Positions 50,423-61,020 of a stretch of 64,000 nucleotides of DNA are shown in pieces. Position 1 is the first letter of the stretch, and each line of letters opens with the position of its first letter. The DNA is taken from assembly GCA_030390025.1 (NCBI GenBank), contig CM059432.1, positions 98,520,001-98,584,000 of the forward strand, given 5' to 3'. The notes beneath the pieces are model-generated. The model searched no databases, was not told where the DNA came from, and worked only from the letters and a program-made list of their open reading frames with translations. The position numbers and the translations under genes are program-made. Origin of the DNA: Squalus acanthias. Taxonomy: Eukaryota.

Positions 50423-50510
50423 TAAATGTGCAATACATGTCAAATATTTTTTTAAGTGACTGATATATCGCACTGTTTATTTTTACTTAATTTCCAGCAC
50501 ATCTAATGAT

Positions 50511-50985
50511 TCATAGAATCATAGAAATTTATGACACAGGAGGCCATTCGGCCCATTGTGTCTGTGCCGGCTGAAAAAGAGCTATCCAGCCTAATCCCAC
50601 TTTCCAGCTCTTGGTCCGTAGCCCTGTAGGTTTCGGCACTTCAAGTGCATATCCAAGTACTTTTTAAATGTGATGAGGGTCTCTGCCTCTCCCACCCTTT
50701 CAGGCAGTGAGTTCCAGACCCCCACCACCCACTGGGTGAAAATAATTCTCCTCAACTCCCCTCTAATCCTTCTACCAATTACTTTAAATCTATGCCCCCT
50801 GGTTATTGACTTCTCTGCCAGGGGAAATAAGTCCTTCCTATCCACTCTATCTAGGCCCCTCATAATTTTATACAACTCAATTAAGTCTCCCCTCAGCCTC
50901 CTCTGTTCCAAAGAAAACAACCCCAGCCTATCCAATCTTTCCTCATAGCTAAAATTCTCCAGTCCTGGCAACATCCTTGTAAATT
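50511..50985 (-). mobile_element. CR1 3' fragment
   Basis: ORF 50974-50591 ends GYGPRAGKWD, like the 9040-10809 ORF. TCATAGAA x2 tail. Confidence 0.92.
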
Positions 50986-51054
50986 GTATATTAAAAAATC
51001 TACCTTGAAATGTTTTTATAACTGATTATTTTAAAAGTTTTCTGTAATACATTT

Positions 51055-51380
51055 TAGACATAGAGAATGTTTCCACTTGTGGGGGAGTCCAAACTTAGGG
51101 GCCATGTATATAAGATAGTTACTAATAAATCCAATGAGGCATTCAGGAGAAACTTTTTCACCCAGAGAGTGCTGAGAATGTGGAACTTGCTACCACATGG
51201 AATGTTTGAGGCAAATAGCATAGATGCATTTAAGGAAAAGCATGAACGAGAAAGGAATAGAAGGATATGTTGCTAGGCTGAGATGAAGTAATGTGGGATG
51301 AGGCTCATGTGGATCATAAACATTGGCATAGACCTGGTGGGCCAAATGGCCTGTTTCTGTGCTGTAAATTCTATGTAATT
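51055..51380 (+). mobile_element. CR1 3' fragment
   Basis: RRNFFTQRVLRMWNLLP. TTCTATGTAA tail. Confidence 0.85.
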
Positions 51381-51571
51381 ATAAGTAACATTGCCTTTCA
51401 GTTTACAAAATCCTAACTGTGCATCCAGAATTACATCAGTCTGTAATATATGTCAATAGAGCATCAGAGGAAAGCTCAAGTTTATCCATTAATCCCCACT
51501 GTTCTTCCAAAATGCTGGCGGATCTTAATCATAAAGCTATATAGAACTTACATACTAAATCAGAAATAAGC

Positions 51572-53639
51572 TGTTAGGAAACGACCAGCTGGTTATAGCA
51601 TGAGCGACTCGATCAATGCTTTATATTGTTGGGGAAGTAGACCTTCCCCTCTTACTTAGTCGTTCAATGTAAATCATCCATTCATGAATTGTGCCATGTA
51701 GGGATACAGTGATTCATGGACCTGGACGGTAGCCAGTCAAAGAAAGTCACATTACTCTGTTCTTTAGTTAATCAAAAGTAATGTTTACTGATTTAATAAC
51801 GCACCAAGGCTCTAACAATTCATACAAGTATCAAGCAATGCATACAACCTTTAAACCAAGGAATCAACATCAAGGCCAGGGAGTGATCAGCTCTCACGTG
51901 GCACTTGAGGTTTTCTTCTGATGGGACGTCCTCCTCTAGGTGAAATTTCTTCAGGCTCTGTTGACTGCAGTGTTGGTTCCGGTGCAATGTCTTCTTTTTG
52001 TATTGTTTTTACTGATTGGGGCATAGGTAAAAGTTAGGGGACAGTCCCATTTTGTCCAATCACTCCCCTGTTGCTAGGCCTCGGTAGTTAATAGGCCTCA
52101 ATGATGGACGGTTGTTCATTTGCATTCAGCTTCTCCGTGATGTTAAACCAGGCCTTGTGTGTCTCCGATGTATCATGTCTTTTCTAACTGCCTCAGCAAT
52201 CTTTGACCATTTTGTATGGTTTATCAGTCCTGAGGAATTTGCCTCCTTTTTTCCTTATCAGTTGTTTTTGAAAACCAGAGGCCAGCTAAAACATTCTCAA
52301 GGCTTTTCAGAGCTTCTTCAGTGATTTCTGCATATTGCTGTCTTTGCAACTTAATCTCACAGGGCTGAATCTTAACTCCCAAAAACGGATGGGTTGGGAA
52401 CAGGTCAGAGGTCAGAGGTTAAAAGTCAAAAAATCTGAAACAGGAAACAACCCGCCCCGAAATCGCCCACTTCCAGTTTTAACGGAGACTGGACTAGGGG
52501 CGGGCGACTAATCCTCTCGCGGAAGGCGGTTTGGTCATTTAAACATTATAATGAGGCTGCCTGCCTTCATTTTAACAGTCATTCTATTTTAACTCATGTC
52601 GGCTGGGTTTCCCAGGCCTCGGGAAACTTGAAAGGAGGCAAGAAGGGCTGAATCCATGAGGAATGTCCTTTACTGCACTGCTTGTGGGCCAAGAGGAGCA
52701 GGAGTGTTTCCTCCAGGTCCAACAAGCTAATCAGTAAACCTCCATCCCCCGCGATCAGTCTGCTCCCCCCCTCCCATCATTGGACCCCTCCCTACCATCA
52801 TCGGACCCCCCAAACACCATCTGCTCCCTCGACCACCACCTGCTCCACTCGACCGCCAAGGGATCCCCCCCACCCCAGTGATCAGAACCCCCCCCAACTA
52901 CCATCTGCTCCCCCCCGACCACCATTGGACACCCATCCCCCGCGATCAGGACCCCTCTCGTGATCGGGAGCCACGCATTACTACTGACTGTGAAAGTGAC
53001 CACCACCTTCAATTTTGTTTGCCTCTGGTTCCTTCCAGGATGCTACTGGAGACATAGCGAGGGCCTCACAGTCCGCTGTACATAAATGCATAAGGCAGGT
53101 GACGGATGGATTGTTTGCCAGGGGTCGGACATCCGTTGTGATGACAATAGCCAGAATAACTGGACACTCGCATTCACCTTTCTGGCTGGCTTCCCAAATA
53201 TACAGGGTGTCATCGATTGCACACACGTGGCAATCCGAGGAACACCACAACATCCAAAAGTTTCCATCAACCACAAGGGATATTCATCCATCAATGCGCA
53301 ACCACAAGACAAGGTTCATGAAGCTGGGCACCAGATTCCCTGAGAGCTGTCATGATGCATTCATACTGCAGCAGTCCAACATTCCAGATATTTTCATTCC
53401 AGGAAGCAGACTTAAGGGCTGGAAGTCAAAATTAATTGCCTCAATCAAGCTAAAATTGGAGAATCTGACGCGTTGACTTGACTTCGGGTTTTGCCATGTA
53501 ATTCCACCCCCCACCCCACCCTGCTCCCACAACCCCCTGCTCGGAAGCCACTTTTACATTAATATCGAGGCCTCAGTATCAGAACTCAGGTGAGTTTCAG
53601 AAGCAGTCACTTACTCCTTCCCAACTTTGTTTCCTAAAA
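51572..53639. mobile_element. Possible solo LTR interrupted by Harbinger copy H
   Basis: TGTTAGGAAAC at 51572 and GTTTCCTAAAA at 53629-53639 form an inverted pair. The terminal CA and a TSD are not intact. Confidence 0.4.
52362..53572 (+). mobile_element. Harbinger copy H, internally deleted, with central transposase fragment
   Basis: Ends GGGCTGAATCTTAA / TTAATATCGAGGCC with flanks ACA/TCA. Contains FASGSFQ, QGVIDCTHVAI and FPESCHDAFILQQS. Confidence 0.82.
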
Positions 53640-54007
53640 CGTTAATGTGCCCGAACCTATGCTGCTGTTGGCAAAATAAAAGGATTTAGAAAACACAATT
53701 GAATAAAATATATTCCTTCTTGATAAATTAACACACAAACAGGGCAAGAAGCCATGTGACTAATTAGGCAATGAACTGGTAAACATTATGGGAGTAATTT
53801 TAACTTTTGGCGATAATGTAAAACAGGCGGGATTGGATTGGCCACCCATTATCCACCTCTCCTGATTTTGCTTTCTATTGAAGTCAATAGAAAATCTGTT
53901 CAATAAAAGAATTTTGCAGGCAAACAATTTATAACAAGTCTCTACTTTTGTGCAGATCCCTTTTTTAACAGTCATGATTGCAACCAAAAAGGTGGGATTG
54001 AGTAATA

Positions 54008-56230
54008 GGCCGCAAATTTGTCAATGGATGCGGCTTGGGAGCGGGTCAGCTGGTTTCCGGGTTCCAGTCTGTAGGGGGTGGTGTGATAGGGTCAGCTTCA
54101 CCTCTGACTCAGTGAGTGGTTTGAATCGCTCCCACGTCCCTGGTTCTAGACCTTGGACTTATTTGGGGGTTGTGAACAAAGGTGCAGTAGACAACAGGTT
54201 TTGATGAAAGAATTTTGACTTTTATTAAAGAAAAAGGTAACAAACTTAAAACACACTTAATGCTTAAACATAGGTTGGGGAACACACGGTCCAGGCGAGG
54301 GAGAATTACAATATACAAAGACCCTTATCCCTCCCAAATCCTAGCTAAGTTTGATTCCAGAAGATCAGGGATAATGCTCACCAAATGACAGTTCTTGACA
54401 GTTGAGAGTTAGGGTTTAGAGTCTTTTGAGTAAAAGGTTTCGTAAGGCCCTTGTTGCCGCGAGGTGTCCGATGGTCACTGAGGCGGTCGCTCTGGTCTCT
54501 TCTTGCATGTTGGCCTACTTCTGGAGCTGTTGGTTTTCTTTGTTGAACTGCTTTCTGTTTAAACTGTCTTCTTCCGAGCTGTGGAACTGCCTTCTTGCAG
54601 AACTGTGGAAACTGCCTTCTGCCTGCTTGTTGAACTTGAACTGTTTTACTGGAGAACTGGAGAACTCCCTTCTGACTGAACTGTCTTCTTTAACTGCCCA
54701 ACTTGCTTCTCCTGAACTCTATAATTCCAGCACTGACTTCTGCTGAAAAACAGGCTTTCAAATTGAACTGCAAAACTGCCTTCTGTTGAACTTGAACTGT
54801 TGTTACTCCTGAACTGCTTGATGGGCCTTCAATTATACTAAATTGAAGTGGCCTTATCGACCCCAAATCAAATCCCGGTCATTGTAAGACCTCGTTAACA
54901 GTAACAACTTTACTAGCGTGTTAACCGGTTTTGTAAATGTGTGAAGTGGTTTCAGGATAGCTCCATCCTGTCGATCTGTTGTTTAATCGGAGTTTGAATT
55001 GTCCTCATGTTATGGGTTTCTTGACTGGGCCTTGGACTTCGATGGAATATTTGCTTTATGCATGCCTTTAATGGGTTCTGTAATCGGTTTGATGGGACCT
55101 GTTGTTTTGGGTGGGACTGTCTCCTCCTAGGGTCGATTGTCAAAATATTAATGCTTGCTGGGGCTTGAGTGAGGTCATCCCGATTCCCCAGACAATGCAA
55201 TTTAACTGCAATACCCAAAACTGCTTTTGCAGAGGTCGAACCCAACTTCCTTCACAGCCTTTTCTCCCTTTACAGGCCCAGACATAGTTTTAAAATGCCA
55301 AAACTTGGTTTTTGGTCTTACAGTCTCTTAGGTTAGGCCCAAATGCATTTTTATCACTCTGAGGTAGTTCCAAAGTCCTTTTTCCTTAGGTTTTGGGGAT
55401 CTGCAAATTTTGCAAACCTTACAAGTCCCGCCCCCAACTGTATCCGGCTCATGGGCGTCATTTTTCCTTGATTGACCTTGTTAAGCCCGCCTTGCGGGCT
55501 TGCCAGCCAATTCAGAGGAAGCCAGTCCGATGACGTCATTTGATGACGCGTCATCTGCCGGTTTTCTTAAAGAGACCATGCTCAATTTTTCTTTGACAGC
55601 TCATTTCTCAGTGTTTGACAGCATTGAGGTGCTGCAAACACTGACAATCACTGTACAAAGGTGAGCTCTTGCACCCAGGCTCTCCAGTGACTCCCTCCAT
55701 AGGCTGGAACAGAAGGCAACTGCAGGTGAGGTTACAGAAGCGATCTGTCACTGGTGAGAGAGGTTCTCCCAATGAGGTGGGACTAGACATCCAATTCAAA
55801 ACTTGTTACCTACAGAAAAGTGTAAATGCATTAAAAATGATTTCCCCAACATTTTCTTACCTCTGAAACTCACCAGTGCACCATTGGATCCTTGACACCA
55901 CTTCTGTAGCTGTCATCAATGCAGAAACATTATACCAGGCTCACAACACACCACATTTACCTGGCGTGGTGTCCAGATGTCGGGAACCCCAAGGTAGAAG
56001 CAGCAAAATTGAAAAAGAGCCTGTTAACAAGTATCAAGTACCTGTGAAGTGGCTTTAATCCTCTTCCCGCCGCTAGGTGCCGGGTCCATGTGCAAATCGG
56101 GGACCCGACACGTGGGAAGATTGATTGGAGGCGGGTTGATGGCGGGTTTCCTACCCGCAGTCAATCTCTGCGATTTTGACAGCGGTCCCGCCTCCAAACC
56201 CGCACTCTGAGTGCCGGCAAAATTCCGGCC
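54008..56230. mobile_element. Non-autonomous Harbinger (copy A-related ends) containing a solo LTR
   Basis: Ends GGCCGCAAATTTGTC / GGCAAAATTCCGGCC with TSD ATA. Confidence 0.85.
54070..55423 (-). mobile_element. Solo LTR (1354 bp)
   Basis: TGTAGG...CCTTACA termini with 4-bp TSD AGTC (54066-69 and 55424-27). Minus-strand AATAAA at 54221-54226. Internal GAACTG repeats. Confidence 0.88.
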
Positions 56231-57228
56231 ATAGTGTCACAGGGCGGGACAAGCACAGGTTTGATTCCTGGCCTGGCTCTGACTTGGAGGGGAGAACCAA
56301 GTGGAGACTGCAGCAAGTTCCTGCAGAAAGGAAGGAGAATGAAAAGGGAGCAACATGCCAGGCTGGCACCTTGTGCCTCCTGCTGGTTGATGACAAGTGA
56401 TTATTGCTGATTCTCTGGAAGCAGATTGCTTGCTCGTCCCCTCAGCAATAGAAGTGTGAAAACTTAGAATTAAAAGTTTGCATTAAAATGTAAAATGTTA
56501 TTAATTTTTGCATGTAAATCAACTCATTAGCACTGTGCAAAGCTGATGCAAATAAATTTCTGTTTGCAGATGCACACAGGGGAAATATGTTTAAGCTGAT
56601 GACCCTTGAATGTGCACTTATGAATTCGGGGCAAGTGTAGGAATCAATTGCGGATAAATTTCACCGAGGTATTCACATTCGTCTGCTGTAAATTCGGCAG
56701 AAGAGGTGCGAAAACCCTGGGATAATATGCCGTATTTCTGGGATCTCTGCGGCTGATCTGCAAAGGTTATGGTTGTTCAAACCTAACATTCATTTATTTT
56801 CTACGTTTATTAAAATTATATTGATTGAAAGCATTTGAAATAGTTCCAAACTTGACTTTGAGTTAAATCCATCTGCTGGCTTTTTGAATTAACTTCGTAA
56901 GGAAGTTATTAATCATGTATAGGATTAATTTGCTCTGTGAATGAGCATGTTAATCAATGTGTTAAAAATAGTGCACAAAGGAAATTAAACCCCCTAGAGC
57001 ATTAGTTTCCCCATAAAGTGCGCTGGTTCATGGGTTCATGTAAACTTGCTCAGTGCGGTATTTCAATGCAATCATTAACCTGTTTAAATGAATAAAAATG
57101 AATAACCTGAATAAAACAAAGGGATTGAAATCTCCATGTGCAATATCAATAACAAACCTGTCAACTCACTTGTGTGAAATTCCTTTCTTCACTATTTTAA
57201 CCCATTTATTTTAACACATTTTATTAAT

Positions 57229-57969
57229 GGGCCAGAAATTCAGCTCCCTGGCTTCCCGCGGGTGCAAGGATCGCGCGCGCACCTACCTACTGCGCCTGCC
57301 GTTGACCCCTGGGCCCGAGGGGGATTCCGGTCCTGGGCCTCCTCCAACTGCCGGCGCGCAGTGCTTGTGTATCCCAGGGGCGTAGTTAGTGCGATGCGTC
57401 CCCTGGGATCATGTGGGCCATGGAGAGCCAATGGCAGCAGACCATCTTTCATTCATAGATTTGACAGGCTGTCAAATCTATGAATACAGATCGGCCCCAA
57501 AACATCCCTAAAACTACAAATACATTTTTAAAAAAACATCACATTTTTAAAATAACTATAAATTACATTAATTAACTATTTTAAACAAAAATTTAAATTT
57601 TTGAAAATATTAATTACACTTTTTAACAGGGCTAAAACTAAACTTACCTTTCTTTAAAGTAATTAAAAAAGATAAATCTGTGAAAAAAATGTTTAAATTT
57701 TAATAAATTCAACACTTACCTTGTTAAAAGAAGGCCTTGCGCTTCCTTTTTCAATGTGCATCTTCTCCGTGCTTACCCTCACGTTAGAACCTGTAAAAAA
57801 AACCAAAGTGCGAGGCGTGCGCGTTCGACCTCTGAACCCCTTCCTTCAGGGGAACGGAAGTGCCGGTTTCCCACGCATGCGCAGTACATGCAAGAAACCG
57901 GCACTTTCGTTCCGTCCACGGGTGAGTACATAGTGCGTACTCATCCGTGGTGAGCCTAATTTCTGCCCC
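57229..57969 (-). mobile_element. Non-autonomous Harbinger (family 2), copy b
   Basis: Ends GGGCCAGAAATT / AATTTCTGCCCC with TSD AAT. Reverse-complement homolog of 42930-43693. Confidence 0.9.
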
Positions 57970-58399
57970 AATATCACACATTGCAATTTTAAGAGTTTTA
58001 AGCATTTTGGATCCCTTAAGATTTGGAATGAAGTGAATTCCATGGAGTTCAGATTGTTTTTCATAGACAAAAATGTTAGTGTTTATTTTTTATGCATTTT
58101 GCAATGTTTTATGCTATGATACTCTGCATAATCTGGCTTAACATCAGGGTCCAGCATGCAAGCATGAAGTAATTGTAACAAGGACAAAGATGTCTTAAAA
58201 ATTGACCCTAGTGGTTGCTTAGAGCACGGAAATGTTTAGAGAAATTGTACTCAAGTACCTAAGAAAGACTTGCATTGATACATTAATTTTTAGAGACTTT
58301 GCTCATAATAACTCTAAAATTGGCAGTTCATGAATCAGGCATGCTGCCCTCTGCGCCTGATTCTCTGTTTCACACCGTGTAGTAGGATTTCTAAAAGGT

Positions 58400-58741
58400 T
58401 TCCCTATAGTACCTTATCACGTCATTCCAAAACATCTCAAAGTGTTTCACATACAATTAGTTACTTTAAAGTGCAGTGGCCATTATGTAAGCAGATGATG
58501 GAGCCAATCTGCATACAACAAGATATTACAAATAGTTCATCTGCTTTCTGTGATATTGGTTGAGCGAGTATTGTTGACCGAGTCACTTGCTTGCTTTTCT
58601 TCGATTAGTACCCCTGGACACTTAACATCTACCTAAAAAGTAAACAGTACCTTGGTTGAATGCCTTATGAGAAGCGTGGCAACTCCATCAGAGCTGGATC
58701 CTTCAGTATTGACCTGGAGTGTCAGCCTAGATTATGTGCTC
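58400..58741 (-). mobile_element. DeuSINE (SacSINE1/AmnSINE1-like) remnant
   Basis: The minus strand reads GAGCACATAATCTAGGCTGACACTCCAG...TACTGAAGG and has a later CTCAACCAATATCAC, as in the recalled Deu-domain SINE consensus. Confidence 0.7.
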
Positions 58742-58744
58742 GTC

Positions 58745-59700
58745 CACAATAACTTGCCTTTACATTGCACTTTTAATGTAGCAAATATGCCAAGGCACTT
58801 TGTTAAGGGGGGTAGAATCAATAAATAATATTGATTGAAGGAACAGGCGTGGAGCCAAGGTGAGAGAGGTCCAAGAGGTGGGTTTTGAGAAGGTCTTTAA
58901 AAGTTGAAAGTGAAGTAAAAAGACAGAAGGGTTTATAGAGGGAATTCCAAAGTTAAGGGCCAAATAAGGTCACCATATTATAAAAAGGATATAGAGGTGC
59001 TGGAGAGGGTGCAAAAAAGATTTACAAATATGATACCAGAAATGCGAGGTTATACCTATAAGGAATGAATGAACAGGCTGGGTCTCTTTTCTCTTGAAAA
59101 AAGAAGGCCAAGGGCTGACCAAATAGAGCTCTATAAAATTATGAAAGGTTTTGATAGAGTCGATACAGAGAGAATGCTTCCACTTGTGGGGATGAGCAAA
59201 ACTAGAGGCCATCAAAATAAGATAGTCACCAAGAAATCCAATAGGGAATTCAGAAGAAACTTCTTTACCCAGAGAGTGGTGAGAATGTGGTACTCGCTAA
59301 CACAGGGAGTGGTTGAAACGAATAGTATAGAAGCATTTAAGGGGCAGTTGGTTAAGCATATGAAGGAGAAGGGAATAGAGGGTTATGCTGATAGATTTAG
59401 ATGAGGAAAGACAGGAGGAGGCTTGAGTGGAGCATAAACGCCGGCATGGACTGGTTGGGCCGAGTGGCCTGTTTCTGTGTTGTATATCCTATGTAATCCT
59501 ATGTTAGGGTCAAAGAAGCTGAAGGATCTGCCACCAATTATTGGGAGAAGGGAAGGGGGATCCACAAAAGGCTAGATTCAGAGGATCGAAGGGTACAACA
59601 GGGACTAAAAGGTTGGAGGACGTTGCTGAGTTAAGATGGGATAATGCCATGGAGTAATATTAAAATGAGGATGAGGGAGCCAATGAAATTTGCAAAAAAA
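58745..59700 (-). mobile_element. Old L2 3' fragment interrupted by CR1
   Basis: ACAATAACTTGC tail and a degenerate match to the L2 at 16702 on both sides of the CR1. Confidence 0.55.
58968..59503 (+). mobile_element. CR1 3' fragment
   Basis: RLGLFSLEKRR...RRNFFTQRVVRMW. ATCCTATGT x2 tail. Confidence 0.9.
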
Positions 59701-59781
59701 AGGTCAACTTATCACTGGAGATCTACCCATTCTGATTTTTGAGTGGATCTCAATTAAGGTGGGGACCTAATTAAAATATTT

Positions 59782-60545
59782 AACTAGAAATTGGTTTGCG
59801 CTGGCTTACTGGTGTGAACTTGGTACTAGGGAACAATCCCTGCACCAAAACGTGTAGACTCGATGCACACCAGATATTGGGCCTCAGACCTCATTTACAT
59901 GAGACCGGCGGATGCATGTTGGGCATCCCTGGCAGCTCGCCGGTGAATCGGCATTGGATTGTGGGTCACTGTTTCACTGGTATTAGCCCTCAGGTAGGTC
60001 AGGGGCGGGGTGGGGGGGGGGAGGTGGAGGAGATCGGGAGGGAGGGGAAAGCAATCAGGGGAGGTGGCGATCAGGAGTGATTGCCACAATTGGGAGGGAG
60101 GGAGCAATTGGGAGGGGGGAAGCGGTTGGGAGGGAGGGGGAAATTGGGAGGGAGTGGGGTGATTCAGAGGAAGGGGGAGGCAATTGGGAGGAGGCCAAGC
60201 GGGAGCCAGCAATGGTTTTCAGCACTGCAGTGTTAGTATTTATGTAAGTATTTTATAACAAACTTACACTAGTTAGGCTGCATGTAGATCACTTTTTCCT
60301 GAATGTAGCCGGCTCGGTGCTGGCTGCATTCAGGCCAGATCAATTTTGAAAAGGGGGCCTTAAACAGGTGTTAAGCACCTTATTTGCCTATACAAATTGC
60401 CTGTTTCAGACATGGGCCATGGACGCCTCTTTTTCTGCCTTTACCAATATGGCTTGCAGCGTATTTCAGGTGTGCGCACAAATGCCGCCCACCATATTGG
60501 ACGCTTTGACACAAATTTTTTGCCTGTAATACCAATTTCTAGGCC
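59782..60545. mobile_element. Harbinger-type MITE with G-rich core
   Basis: CTAGAAATTGGT and ACCAATTTCTAG form inverted ends. Confidence 0.7.
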
Positions 60546-60619
60546 ATTGAAATAGAGGTACAATTATACAGTTAAGACCCCAAGATCTCAAATTTCCAAC
60601 TTCCTCTCCTTTGTCCCAT

Positions 60620-61020
60620 CACCCATCACGTCGTCTTTGGCACAGTTGATCTGCTTGGCTGTTCTCTCACCCGCCTTCTGTGCCCTTTGTATACGCCAAG
60701 TCATTTATTATCTGCCACCCCTCTTGTTCCCCTGGTATGGTCCCTATTGTTGCTCCTTTAAGTTAGAGGGTGACAAATTCAAGCATACCTGGAATGATTG
60801 GTCAAGTCATTCACTGCCAGATTTAGCTTGGCCATGTCAGGCATTATTCTGCCTCAATCTCTTCAGCAAACGCCTTCTACTACTCCAGAGTCATCCTGGA
60901 AAACTTGTTTTCTCCACGATGAACCAGCTCCTCAAACCCTTTTCTCCGACCTCCCTTACTCACATCCAACAGCTCCATATGCAAAGAACTTATAGATTTC
61001 TTCATCTCAAAGATTGAGAC
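60620..61020 (+). mobile_element. Old L2-like ORF2 middle fragment
   Basis: PWY...HPGKLVFSTMNQLLKP resembles the L2 APE-RT linker. Confidence 0.55.

Noticed and set aside
54540..54830. GAACTG repeats as a CRISPR-like array, or the Leu-rich ORF 54426-54746 as a gene
   Set aside because: These are short irregular repeats without a constant repeat-spacer period, lying inside an LTR in a eukaryotic genome.
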